Assembly (NCBI GenBank): GCA_039188945.1
Contig: JBCCYW010000006.1
Span: 1 to 47,945 of the forward strand
Direction: 5' to 3'
DNA length: 47,945 nt
Source: Patescibacteria group bacterium
Lineage (GTDB): Bacteria; Patescibacteriota; Minisyncoccia; Phycocordibacterales; UBA918
The translations under genes were made by a program, and so were the position numbers. A model generated the notes under the pieces. That model ran no database searches, had not been told where the DNA came from, and saw only the letters and a program-made list of their open reading frames with translations. How positions within the stretch are numbered: the stretch's first letter is position 1; the number at the start of each line of letters is the position of its first letter. This document shows positions 17,447 to 27,121 of the stretch, piece by piece.

Positions 17447-18499
17447 ATGAATAACGCACCACAGTCACAGAAGGACGCAATTATGAAATCGCTTGCTATT
17501 GCAGGCTTTGTTGCGATCATTCTCGTTATCGCTTGGTCAGCTGTACAAGTAATTAGCTTCCTGCCAAGCGCTTTCACGTCCCTCGCCTCTTTGGCCGATG
17601 GCGTGTATGAAAACCAACCGGTCGAAATCACCTTAGTGGCAGAAGAATCTATTGTTAATGCCGACGAGCCAGTGACCGTACGTTGGTCAAACGTGTCTGC
17701 TGCCGGCACCTTTGCTCTCAGCTATGCTTGTACTGACGGCATCTCACTCAATGTAGTGAGTGAAGCTGGTAATCAGAATCTTGATTGTGATACCAATTAT
17801 AATCTTGGTGACGTTCAAGAGACTACCCTGTCAGTAGAATCTGAGAAAAATCGTTTTACTGATGTTACGTACCAAATTGGATTCGTACCAGCAACTAGCG
17901 AAACCGTAACGGTTGTGTCTGAAGACGTACTGACTGTGGTTAATGCTAGTATTTCTCCTGCTCTCATTGTTGAAACTACTGACGTAAGTGATGAAGAAAC
18001 TGACGAGGCTACTGCTGAAGAAGTGGTGACCGAGGAAGAGGTCGAAGCAACAGAAGAAGATACTCCAAGCACTCCCGTTGCTCCTGCTCCAGAGGTGGTA
18101 GAAGAATTTGTGTTTGAAATTCCAGTCTCTAATCCTAATGGCTTCGTTGACCTCTCTGTAACGTATCTTGGTGTTGGCCGCCTCACCAGTGGCAATGCCT
18201 TTGTGCCCGGCAGTGACATTGATAACGATAGCCGAGGCGCCTTCCAATTTGAAGTAAAGAATATTGGTACCAAGACTTCAGACGAATGGGAATTTACTGC
18301 CGAGCTACCAACTGGCGGCGAATATGACTCACCTGAGCAAGACCCACTTCGTCCTAACGAACGATCTGTCCTCACCCTCGGGTTTGACTTCCCGAACGAC
18401 GACACGGGCATTGCCATGTTCCGGGTAGCGATTGATGAAGACAACGATAACAACCGCAATAACGACCGATTCGACTGGGCGGTAAATGTGGTGAACTAA
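17447..18499 (+). CDS. membrane-anchored acidic protein with a C-terminal CARDB/Ig-like domain
   Basis: N-terminal TM, Glu/Thr-rich linker, DLSV...FEVKNIGT...LRPNE...NRNND pattern. Confidence 0.8.
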   Translation: MNNAPQSQKDAIMKSLAIAGFVAIILVIAWSAVQVISFLPSAFTSLASLADGVYENQPVEITLVAEESIVNADEPVTVRWSNVSAAGTFALSYACTDGISLNVVSEAGNQNLDCDTNYNLGDVQETTLSVESEKNRFTDVTYQIGFVPATSETVTVVSEDVLTVVNASISPALIVETTDVSDEETDEATAEEVVTEEEVEATEEDTPSTPVAPAPEVVEEFVFEIPVSNPNGFVDLSVTYLGVGRLTSGNAFVPGSDIDNDSRGAFQFEVKNIGTKTSDEWEFTAELPTGGEYDSPEQDPLRPNERSVLTLGFDFPNDDTGIAMFRVAIDEDNDNNRNNDRFDWAVNVVN

Positions 18500-18513
18500 T
18501 ACCTCATTATAAG

Positions 18514-18557
18514 ACAAAAACAGGCCGGGCCCCTGCGGGTCCCGGCCTGTTTTGTTT
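18514..18557. terminator. bidirectional terminator
   Basis: AAAACAGGCCGGG...CCCGGCCTGTTTT between convergent genes. Confidence 0.85.
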
Positions 18558-18560
18558 TAC

Positions 18561-20672
18561 CTACACGTCCAAGTTAGCCAATTTTGCGTTACTTTGAATA
18601 AACGACTTACGACTTGAGACATCCGTTCCCATTAAGATATCAAATACCTTATCAGCTGCTTGAGCGTCTTCGATCGTCACTTGCTTGAGAAGACGATTCT
18701 CTGGATTCATGGTGGTTTCCCACAACTCTTCTGCGTTCATCTCACCCAGTCCCTTATAGCGCTGCTGGTTGATTTTCGCTCCTTTCTTCGCCGCTGCCTC
18801 TTCGGTAGTTTCTTCAGTAACTTCCTCCCCTTCTCCTTCCTCATCCATTTCAATCACTTCACCACCCATCGCTTTAATTACTTCAGCTTTCTCTTCTTCA
18901 ACATAGGCATAGCGGATATCTTTTCCTTTCTGAAGTTTATACAGTGGCGGCATCGCAATATACACATACCCACCATCTACCAATTCGCGGAAGTACCGGT
19001 AAAAGAGTGTGAGTAAGAGTGTACGAATATGGGCACCATCCACGTCAGCGTCAGTGGCAATAATGATCTTGTGGTAACGCAGCTTCGACGCATCAAACAC
19101 ATCACCAATCGCAGTACCCAGCGCAATCACTAAGTTCTTAATCTGCTCAGAAGCCAACATCTTATCGATGCGCGCCCGCTCGACATTGAGGATCTTTCCA
19201 CGCAACGGCAAAATCGCTTGGGTTTTTCGATCCCGACCCATCTTGGCTGATCCACCAGCTGAGTCTCCCTCTACAATAAAGAGCTCTGAATCTTCCGCTT
19301 TCTTACTCTGACAATCAGCCAACTTACCGGGCAAAGACAGGCCTTCAAGTGCTCCTTTACGCAACACGGAATCCTTTGCAGCCTTGGCTGCCTTACGCGC
19401 CTTCACGGCGATAATCACTTTGTTGATGATGGCTTTGGCATCATCGGGATGTTCTTCTAGGTACGCCTGGAAGGCCTCGCCAAATACCGACTCCACTGCG
19501 CCACGCGCTTCCACTGAACCAAGCTTACCTTTGGTTTGTCCTTCAAACTGAATCTCAGGCATCTTCACCGAAACCACAGCAGTGATTCCCTCCAAGACAT
19601 CATCACCGGTAAAGGCTCCTTCTTTTTCTTTAATAAAATTATTCTTCTTAGCGTAATTATTGAGCGTACGCGTGAGAGCTGTTTTGAATCCGGTAATATG
19701 CGTACCATGCTCGGGGTTATAGATGTTGTTCGCAAAGGCAGAGATGCGGGCAGAAATATCATCGACATACTGCAGCGCCACCTCAACAGCCATCACGCTC
19801 TGATCAACTTCCAACTTTTCGATGTAGAAAATATTCTTATGAATTGGCTTTTGGTACTGATTATTGAACGCCACCAAGGAACGCAAACCACCTTCAAAGT
19901 AGAAGGTCTGGTGCGGCACCTCTAGGTGCTCATCTGCCAAGTACTGCTTACCCTTAAGATCAAGGGATTTTTGTGCTTTCTCATCGAGTTCACGAGCGTC
20001 AATCACTGTAATGCGCGTTCCTTTTACCAAGTACGCTTGCTGACGAAGATGGGTCACGATTCGCTTCCACTCGTATTCGACTGTATTAAAAATGGTATCG
20101 TCCGCCTGGAACGTAATGACCGTACCCTGCATCTTAGATGCACTTACTTTCTTTACCTTTCCTTTAGCCTTACCGATGTTGTACTCCTGCATGTGATACG
20201 CTCCGTCGCGGTGTACTTCAGCAATAACGTGAGTCGAGAGCGCGTTGACGACCGACACACCAACGCCATGAAGACCACCCGACACTTTGTAACCTGACTC
20301 ATCACCACCAAACTTACCGCCTGCATGCAAGGTGGTGAGAATGGTCTCCAGCGCGGACACCTTTGTCTGTTTATGTTTGTCAACGGGGATACCGCGACCA
20401 TTATCAACGACACGAATGTAATTCCCTGGCAAGAGTGCCACCTCTACCCGGTCAGCAAACCCACCCATCGCTTCATCACGCGAATTATCAAAGACTTCCC
20501 AGATCAAATGATGCAAACCATCAGGACCGGTAGTACCGATATACATACCTGGGCGCTTACGAACCGGCTCAAGTCCCTCAAGGACGGCAATCGAAGTAGC
20601 GTCGTATTTATGCCCGGAAGCGGCTTTACTGCTTTTTTTTGGGACAGATTTTGCTGGTTTCTTTGTAGCCAT
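18561..20672 (-). CDS. gyrB: DNA gyrase subunit B
   Basis: VRKRPGMYIG, HAGGKF, SGGLHGVG, VEGDSAGGS, PLRGKILN, DADVDGAHI, RYKGLGEM. Confidence 0.98.
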   Translation of the reverse strand: MATKKPAKSVPKKSSKAASGHKYDATSIAVLEGLEPVRKRPGMYIGTTGPDGLHHLIWEVFDNSRDEAMGGFADRVEVALLPGNYIRVVDNGRGIPVDKHKQTKVSALETILTTLHAGGKFGGDESGYKVSGGLHGVGVSVVNALSTHVIAEVHRDGAYHMQEYNIGKAKGKVKKVSASKMQGTVITFQADDTIFNTVEYEWKRIVTHLRQQAYLVKGTRITVIDARELDEKAQKSLDLKGKQYLADEHLEVPHQTFYFEGGLRSLVAFNNQYQKPIHKNIFYIEKLEVDQSVMAVEVALQYVDDISARISAFANNIYNPEHGTHITGFKTALTRTLNNYAKKNNFIKEKEGAFTGDDVLEGITAVVSVKMPEIQFEGQTKGKLGSVEARGAVESVFGEAFQAYLEEHPDDAKAIINKVIIAVKARKAAKAAKDSVLRKGALEGLSLPGKLADCQSKKAEDSELFIVEGDSAGGSAKMGRDRKTQAILPLRGKILNVERARIDKMLASEQIKNLVIALGTAIGDVFDASKLRYHKIIIATDADVDGAHIRTLLLTLFYRYFRELVDGGYVYIAMPPLYKLQKGKDIRYAYVEEEKAEVIKAMGGEVIEMDEEGEGEEVTEETTEEAAAKKGAKINQQRYKGLGEMNAEELWETTMNPENRLLKQVTIEDAQAADKVFDILMGTDVSSRKSFIQSNAKLANLDV

Positions 20673-20777
20673 GGATTGCTGAAATATGCTTTAAAAGTAA
20701 AGCTATTATAGCATTTTTTACGCTTGCGCGCACATCATTTTATGCTACATTTTCACTGAGATTGTAAGGAGACAACC

Positions 20778-21104
20778 ATGGTACGCTTCAACGTCAAGTG
20801 GAGATACTATATGGTGTATTTCCGCTTTCCAGATGGTCGAATTTGGTTCTTTCGAGGACAATATCGACGCCAACCGTTCTTCACCGACTGTCGAGTAACT
20901 GACAATAAAGACTGGGTCAACGACCAAGATATGGCACGATTGTTCGAAAAAGAGCCTGACGTAACAAATGACCGCCTCTTTGATAAGAACGTCAGGTTTG
21001 ATCAAAAGTTTCGTCAAAAGCTAAACATGAAACCTTTTGATGAAACAGTCTTGAGAAGTCATTTGATCGTTCCTGAGAAAATAAAAAAACTGCCGCCTGG
21101 CTAA
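20778..21104 (+). CDS. hypothetical basic/aromatic protein
   Basis: TAAGGAG SD, 108-aa ORF, followed by a CCCCGC/GCGGGG hairpin. Confidence 0.65.
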   Translation: MVRFNVKWRYYMVYFRFPDGRIWFFRGQYRRQPFFTDCRVTDNKDWVNDQDMARLFEKEPDVTNDRLFDKNVRFDQKFRQKLNMKPFDETVLRSHLIVPEKIKKLPPG

Positions 21105-21107
21105 CTT

Positions 21108-21132
21108 CCCCGCTTACTTCATGCGGGGTTTA
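21108..21132 (+). terminator. putative terminator
   Basis: CCCCGC-N9-GCGGGG-TTT. Confidence 0.5.
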
Positions 21133-21240
21133 TATTGACAAAATAAAAAAGCATGGCAATTAGAATCACTGTGTTGACGGTTGATTTGCTTCGGAAGTAT
21201 GGTGTAAATATGGCAAGTTTTTAAAGGAAAGGAGAAAGCC

Positions 21241-21351
21241 ATGCCAAAGAATGTAGCCAAAGACCCGCGCTGGAAAACGTTTGATCACAGGCCCCACAAC
21301 TCCGCGACCGGCAAAAGCCCTCCAGCGAAACTACCAGCAGTTGCTCGATGA
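21241..21351 (+). CDS. 36-aa small protein MPKNVAKDPRWKTFDHRPHNSATGKSPPAKLPAVAR
   Basis: Below the ORF-track cutoff. AAAGGAG SD, upstream TTGACG-18-TATGGT, downstream ATCCCCG..CGGGGAT hairpin plus Ts. Confidence 0.5.
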   Translation: MPKNVAKDPRWKTFDHRPHNSATGKSPPAKLPAVAR

Positions 21352-21420
21352 CTCGAGCCTTCATCCCCGACGACGCAGAGCCACTATATGACTCAATAAT
21401 CGCCGGGGATTTCTTTTGCT

Positions 21421-23355
21421 CTAGCGCACCTCCCAATCTTTTTTACTAACAGCTTCGTATACGCTGTCCATTATTACATTTACCTCCTCGTCAGTGAGGG
21501 TTTTTTCATAAGACTGAAATACTAGACGAAACGCAAAGCTGGTTCGACCATCTTTCGTAAATTCATCAAACAAGGTTGTCCGTACTCGTAATTCTCCAGC
21601 TGTTTCATTAAGCACAGTTTCTACTTCCTTAATCGTTGTTCCTTCATTTGTCCAAAGTGAAATGTCTCGACTCATGGCTGGATAGCTTGAAAAGGCCTGG
21701 AAGACACCATCAGAACGTTGCGTGATTGGCTCGTAGGCTTTTGGTGTATCCAAACTTTCAAGTACTGCACTTAGATTAGTTTCCGCTACCCCCTGCTCTA
21801 CTCGCCATTCAAGTTGTACTCCTAGCAGTTGATGAATCGCCTCCATTGCTTCATAGAGCGGCTTGTCATCTTTTGGGGTGTAGCCGGTTGCTTTGGTGCG
21901 AACACCGAGCGCTAGCGACACATGCTCCCCTACACTATCTTCAGTTTTCATAAATACCGTCCCGATTTCAAACACCTGCACTCGAACCAACCCCAGCAGG
22001 TCGATGTGAGAAACGTTACGATCGAGGGTTTCTGAGATATTTTTTATAAGCGATGATCGAATGAAACTCTTATCACTCGCCAATGCATTTTGCAGTTGGA
22101 TCTTGTCTTTCTTGCGAAATGAGGACGTGACCACCTCTGAAAAGCCCTTCTCAAGGAGCAACTGCCGCAACTGCTCACTGTAGTATTGGCGTTTGTTAAG
22201 CTCGGTGAGTTTGATAGGTTCAGGTATTACTGAAGTGATGTTCGTTAAACCATGAATCCGGCCAATTTCTTCAATGTAATCTTCTTCAATCAAGAGATCG
22301 GTGCGCTCAAATGGACCAACGGCACTAAAGCCATTTACACTCTTGGTAACAACCGCACCTAAGCGCTCAACAATGCTGATCATATCATCTTGCGAAAGTG
22401 TGAGACCGAGTAGAGCATTTACTTTTTCAGTACGCACCTCAACCTCAGGAGTCACTACAGTTTCAAGATACTCATCCACTACCCCTTCACACGTTCCCCC
22501 AGCAATATCAGCGATCAGTGTTGCGATATCAGCCTGCGCATACAGCGGTAGCTCGCGCGAAGGCTCATTCTCAAATCGCTTACTCGCGTCAATCACGATT
22601 CCTAAGCCGCGCGCTGTCTTGCGGGTGAGAACCGGATTAAAGTGTGCGGCTTCGACAATGATCTTAGTTGTGCCAGCATGCACGCCAGCGTAGCGACCAC
22701 CCTTCACTCCTGCGAGACCAATTGGTGTGTTAGAAGACTGGTCAACAATCAGGAGCTCTGTACCTTTAAGTTCAAGCACTCGATCTTCATCTTTTCCACC
22801 TTCAGCCAAGAGACTTACTGTCTCTCCCGCTTTGGCTTTACGTACTGAAAATTGCCACTTCCCATCAACCTGCGGAAAGAGGTCAGCATCATACGCATGC
22901 AACGGTTGACCAATCGCCAACATCACGTAGTTCGTAGCGTCAACAATGTTATTGATCGAGCGCTGCCCAATCGCTTCTAAGCGATCTTTTAGCCACTGCG
23001 GTGACTCTTTCACCTCTACTCCAGTAATCAGTGACGCCGTAAAGCGTGGACAGTCTTGTTTGTTTTCAATCGCAACTGAAATTTTGTCTGTCGTTGGCAG
23101 TTCGGGTGTGTGAGCCAGCGGGTCGTTGTAGAGACCCTTAGAAGTAAGGGTGGCGATCTCGCGGGCAATTCCGCGGTGGCACAAACAATCACTCGAGCGA
23201 TTGGGCAGCACATCGACATCAATCACCGTGTCGTCACCTACCTCTTCAACCTCATCAATTTCAAACGCATGAAAGGTAAGTAGTTCCTCAATCTCTTGTG
23301 GAGTCGGTGCACTCACACCCAAATATTCTTTTAGCCAATCGTAGGAGACTCTCAT
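21421..23355 (-). CDS. pheT: phenylalanine--tRNA ligase beta subunit (short form, no B2 OB domain)
   Basis: MRVSYDWL, PNRSSDCL, INNIVDATNYVML, QPLHAYD, EEIGRIHG, C-terminal FDX-ACB (KTLTDEEVN). Confidence 0.96.
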   Translation of the reverse strand: MRVSYDWLKEYLGVSAPTPQEIEELLTFHAFEIDEVEEVGDDTVIDVDVLPNRSSDCLCHRGIAREIATLTSKGLYNDPLAHTPELPTTDKISVAIENKQDCPRFTASLITGVEVKESPQWLKDRLEAIGQRSINNIVDATNYVMLAIGQPLHAYDADLFPQVDGKWQFSVRKAKAGETVSLLAEGGKDEDRVLELKGTELLIVDQSSNTPIGLAGVKGGRYAGVHAGTTKIIVEAAHFNPVLTRKTARGLGIVIDASKRFENEPSRELPLYAQADIATLIADIAGGTCEGVVDEYLETVVTPEVEVRTEKVNALLGLTLSQDDMISIVERLGAVVTKSVNGFSAVGPFERTDLLIEEDYIEEIGRIHGLTNITSVIPEPIKLTELNKRQYYSEQLRQLLLEKGFSEVVTSSFRKKDKIQLQNALASDKSFIRSSLIKNISETLDRNVSHIDLLGLVRVQVFEIGTVFMKTEDSVGEHVSLALGVRTKATGYTPKDDKPLYEAMEAIHQLLGVQLEWRVEQGVAETNLSAVLESLDTPKAYEPITQRSDGVFQAFSSYPAMSRDISLWTNEGTTIKEVETVLNETAGELRVRTTLFDEFTKDGRTSFAFRLVFQSYEKTLTDEEVNVIMDSVYEAVSKKDWEVR

Positions 23356-23463
23356 CCTATTAGAAATTAACCTTCAAACCTTGTAAAGATGCTTTATTGC
23401 TGTTTGCTGGTTTTGTCATATTGCTGTCTTAGGACCTATTATTAATTACTAACAGGACTCATA

Positions 23464-24186
23464 TTAAAACTGGTTTACGAACCGCAAGTCACCGGTGTAG
23501 TAGTCACGCACGTCCTCAACGCCATACTTCATCACGCCCAGACGATCGATCCCCATTCCAAAGGCAAACCCAGAATACACGTCTGGATCAATTCCGGAAT
23601 CTCGTAGAACGTTGGGGTGCACCATGCCAGCGCCCATGACCTCAATCCACTTTCCTACTAATTTCCCTTCGCCTTCGAGCAGTTTCATATCAACCTCTAC
23701 CCCTGGTTCAACAAACGGGAAGAAGCTCGGGCGAAAACGCACTTCGGTTTTGCCACTAAAGAATTTAGAAAAGAAATGCTCCAGCGTACCCTTGAGGTGT
23801 CCGAGATGCACACCCTTATCAACGTACAGACCTTCCAACTGATAAAACTGGGCTTCATGCGTAGCGTCGGTAGCTTCATTGCGAAACGTTTTGCCAGGCA
23901 CGATAATTCGCACCGGTGCTCCATGCGCTTCCATGTAGCGCGCTTGTACCGGGCTCGTGTGAGTACGAAGCACCATCGGCTCGCTCACATCTTTTGCTTT
24001 AAACCAGAATGTATCCTGCATATCCCGAGACGGATGGTCTTTGGGTACATTCAGACGATCGAAGTTGTAGTGCTCGGTTTCCGCTTCTGGACCCTCAGCA
24101 AAGACAAAGCCAATTTCAGCAAAAATCTGATTGATCTCGGCGATCATCCGGGTAATTGGGTGTTGATGTCCATGGGGTTGTTGCAT
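23464..24186 (-). CDS. pheS: phenylalanine--tRNA ligase alpha subunit (catalytic core only)
   Basis: HPSRDMQDTF, LRTHTSPVQ, RPSFFPFVEP, GFAFGMGIDR. Start at 24186 after TGCTACTAT. Confidence 0.97.
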   Translation of the reverse strand: MQQPHGHQHPITRMIAEINQIFAEIGFVFAEGPEAETEHYNFDRLNVPKDHPSRDMQDTFWFKAKDVSEPMVLRTHTSPVQARYMEAHGAPVRIIVPGKTFRNEATDATHEAQFYQLEGLYVDKGVHLGHLKGTLEHFFSKFFSGKTEVRFRPSFFPFVEPGVEVDMKLLEGEGKLVGKWIEVMGAGMVHPNVLRDSGIDPDVYSGFAFGMGIDRLGVMKYGVEDVRDYYTGDLRFVNQF

Positions 24187-24206
24187 AACAATGAGATAGT
24201 AGCACA

Positions 24207-25358
24207 CTATGCTTCAGGAAGTTCGGTCAGGGCCTCTAGGTAATAGGGGCCGTCTTTTATGAAAATTTGGCCGCCATCAACTGCCACTTCAAGATCAGTA
24301 CCGGCATACAGCATCTGGGTGTTTTGCCAGGCTCGATCATCGATCTCAACAATATGGACCCCGTCTTCAAGCACCATGATGACGAGATCCGAAGAACCAG
24401 GATAAAACGCAAATTGACTCACCGCTTGCCACTTCCGGTCAATTCTAATTTCCGAACGACACAAGCGTTCTTCATTGCTTAATTCATTGACTGAGCGCTC
24501 GGCCACTTCTACTGCCTCACTCAACAGCGCAACAATATGATCTCCATACAATGCGCTGGTGGATGCATTTTGTCCAAACGGAATACAAAAGTAGTATGGA
24601 ATATCCTCGAGAGCGCCGGTATAGCCAGCGTACACTTCCCCGTCTTTCTCAAACAGCTTAAGATCTTCAAAGACGATACTTGAAGTTGCTAACGCAGTGG
24701 TTGTGGTAGCTTCGGATGAGAAGCGAAAGGCTTCCACCACCCCTTCAATCACCCGCCCCACTAAACCAGTAGTGGTACTGGTCGTCGCAAACAGCGATTC
24801 TATAAATTCAAATTCTGGATTCAGCAAAAACGACGATGTGGCGGTTGTTGAGGTAGCTAGCAGTGGAATAGTAGTGGAAGCCGCTTGAAATGGTAGCGAT
24901 GTGCTCGCAACACCGACATACACCGCCTCACCGCTTACTGTTACATACTCAGTAATTGGTCGGACCTGAGACACCTCTGGTAAGTTGAATGAGCTCGCCT
25001 CAGTGACAATCTGGCCATGGACCGGCAGTTCCTTTACCCAGGTTTGTAATCCAGGCGCTTGCACATGCAAGCGATGCAAGCCAGGCACCAGGCTTTGAAT
25101 ATAGGCTGCGTTACGAAATACTCGTAAATTTTTGACCTCTTCTTCATCTAAATAAATTTCACTATTTTCAGCCTCAGCTGACACATACAATCCACCAGTA
25201 GTAGTAATGGCTGGTTGCTCGGCAAAAAAATCGTAGCGATAGCCCGTAGCATAAAACACAAACATCGGGACCCCTACCAAAAAAACCAAACAGAGTAGCC
25301 AAAAGAACCGACGTCGTCGGTTATACGAAAGTGGTTCAACTTCTGGTGAAGCAGGCAT
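24207..25358 (-). CDS. membrane-anchored PEGA-like domain protein
   Basis: N-terminal TM, YATGYR, GGLYV...IYLD...LVPGLH.L.V.APG..TWVK; repeated ATST-type motifs. Confidence 0.75.
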   Translation of the reverse strand: MPASPEVEPLSYNRRRRFFWLLCLVFLVGVPMFVFYATGYRYDFFAEQPAITTTGGLYVSAEAENSEIYLDEEEVKNLRVFRNAAYIQSLVPGLHRLHVQAPGLQTWVKELPVHGQIVTEASSFNLPEVSQVRPITEYVTVSGEAVYVGVASTSLPFQAASTTIPLLATSTTATSSFLLNPEFEFIESLFATTSTTTGLVGRVIEGVVEAFRFSSEATTTTALATSSIVFEDLKLFEKDGEVYAGYTGALEDIPYYFCIPFGQNASTSALYGDHIVALLSEAVEVAERSVNELSNEERLCRSEIRIDRKWQAVSQFAFYPGSSDLVIMVLEDGVHIVEIDDRAWQNTQMLYAGTDLEVAVDGGQIFIKDGPYYLEALTELPEA

Positions 25359-25361
25359 GAA

Positions 25362-26918
25362 TTATGATTGTCTGGTTTTGGGTGTAACCCAGAAGCCCAT
25401 GTACCGTCCCAGCATGAGTCTGGTCTGTGCGTCGAGACCTGGAATAGCACTGAAAATAATCATCGTGGCCGGCACAAGAATCCACTGTACCGCCATCACA
25501 ATATAGCGCAACTTACTCTTTTCTTCAGGGCGTGGTGGAATAAGCGTGAGCGAAATAATCGAAGAAACTACCAAACCAAACATCGCGACAATCAAGAGAT
25601 CGCGGACCAAGATGGGTAAATTATATGAGAGAACGGTCTGGTGAAACTCTTGGCTACCAAGGAAAATTGGCGCCCAGCCCAAGATAAAAAGCATGATTGG
25701 GTTTGTCACAAGCGACCAGTATCCTTCGGCTTGCTGCAAGCCCACCACAATCCGTTTCTTAAGTGAGATATTTTTGTTTTTGGTAAAGTGGTAGATGATG
25801 TAGACAAAATTCTCCACCCCGTAGGTCCAGCGACGGTGCTGTTTATAGATTTGCACTAGCGTGCGCCAGAAGGTTGGTGCTGCGTTAGCATCCATCGATA
25901 CTGGATACGACATCGGGATTACATCAAACTCGCCATCGTTAGCGACCATCAGGTTCCAGTAAATACGAGAGTCCTCACTCACCATATTGCTTTGCCAGTA
26001 GCCGATTTCGTAGAGCGCTTTGAAACTTACGGCGTGTGAGGAGAAAGTGGCCATGCGTTCTGGTCGCTCTTGCTGGACCATTTCCCAGAAGGTACTACTC
26101 ATGGCGACCACTCGCGAGATCGCTGGAGCGTCCCACATATTGTTATTAAAAATTGGCACCGGCTGGAACGAACTCTTCAGTGGGCGTGGGGCGGTCATGA
26201 AATGCCAGATAAGACAATTGAAATAATCGGGGTAAATAACGGTGTCGATATCAAAAATTGAAACCAACGTGTGGTTGTAGCGAATACCGTGTGGGTCGAG
26301 TATTTTGGTGCGAACTTCTTCTGCAGCATAGGCAGCATTTGATCCCTTCCCCGCCATCTCGCCTGGCACGTCCTGGGGATGGGTGGTGACTAAGAACGAG
26401 CCAAACTCCTTGGCGTACTTCTCCTTCATTTTGTTCGCAATCACTTGCGCCTCCTCCCCTGCCCGCTCTTCCGCAGCCAGCACCACAATAATACTTTTCT
26501 TATCATAGCGAGCAGCCGCGAACGACGCCAAGGTATTATCAATCACTGATTCTGGCTCTTTATAAAACGGCAAGATCACCACATGGTAGAGATGATCGTA
26601 CGAGAAGCGTTCGATGAGCTGCTGCCAATCAAGGGAAATATGGTGGCGGAGTCGTTTCCAGTTGTAACGAAGGTGATACGAAAGAAAAGCGGTCTTCAAA
26701 ACCCAATACAGCGCAAACGCGATCACAAAATACGCTGCGAAAAATGGAGCGTAGATTGAGAGCAGAATCACGCCAATCAGAGTTGTCCATGAAGCCAGCC
26801 CTGGCAGAATTTCAAGGAAACGGTAAAACCGGCGGTCGCTACCCGCGAGTTCGGTAGCTCGCCCGACTTTAAAATCCTCTCGCTGGGCGTATTCCAAAAG
26901 ATGTGCTTTCTCCTCCAT
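25362..26918 (-). CDS. membrane glycosyltransferase family 2
   Basis: PFYKE, GKGSN, DID, ED and QHRRW (D,D,D,QxxRW-like) motifs with several TMs. Confidence 0.88.
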   Translation of the reverse strand: MEEKAHLLEYAQREDFKVGRATELAGSDRRFYRFLEILPGLASWTTLIGVILLSIYAPFFAAYFVIAFALYWVLKTAFLSYHLRYNWKRLRHHISLDWQQLIERFSYDHLYHVVILPFYKEPESVIDNTLASFAAARYDKKSIIVVLAAEERAGEEAQVIANKMKEKYAKEFGSFLVTTHPQDVPGEMAGKGSNAAYAAEEVRTKILDPHGIRYNHTLVSIFDIDTVIYPDYFNCLIWHFMTAPRPLKSSFQPVPIFNNNMWDAPAISRVVAMSSTFWEMVQQERPERMATFSSHAVSFKALYEIGYWQSNMVSEDSRIYWNLMVANDGEFDVIPMSYPVSMDANAAPTFWRTLVQIYKQHRRWTYGVENFVYIIYHFTKNKNISLKKRIVVGLQQAEGYWSLVTNPIMLFILGWAPIFLGSQEFHQTVLSYNLPILVRDLLIVAMFGLVVSSIISLTLIPPRPEEKSKLRYIVMAVQWILVPATMIIFSAIPGLDAQTRLMLGRYMGFWVTPKTRQS

Positions 26919-27044
26919 AGGTGGCCCCTACTATAGCTAAAACTGAGGAAAAATACAGCTTTAGGAACTGGATTTGCTGCTACTGGTATGATACGATTCT
27001 GATCACTTTTTGCGACGTTTTACACTGAGAAAGCGGAGTAAATT

Positions 27045-27118
27045 GCCACCTTAGCTCAGTTGGCTAGAGCAACGGATTTGTAACCCGTAGGTCCCCGGTT
27101 CGAGCCCGGGAGGTGGCT
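27045..27118 (+). tRNA. tRNA-Thr (anticodon UGU), CCA not encoded
   Basis: Acceptor GCCACCT/AGGTGGC, D arm GCTC/GAGC, loop TTTGTAA, T arm CCCGG-TTCGAGC-CCGGG, discriminator T. Confidence 0.96.
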
Positions 27119-27121
27119 CAA

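Noticed and set aside
18770-18870. Acidic insertion in GyrB as another palindromic element
   Set aside because: Low-complexity Glu-rich loop with no inverted repeat seen in the DNA.
23356-23463. AT-rich pheS-pheT spacer with a 19-codon ORF (MTKPANSNKASLQGLKVNF)
   Set aside because: No SD or -10 box, no structure, and too short to support.
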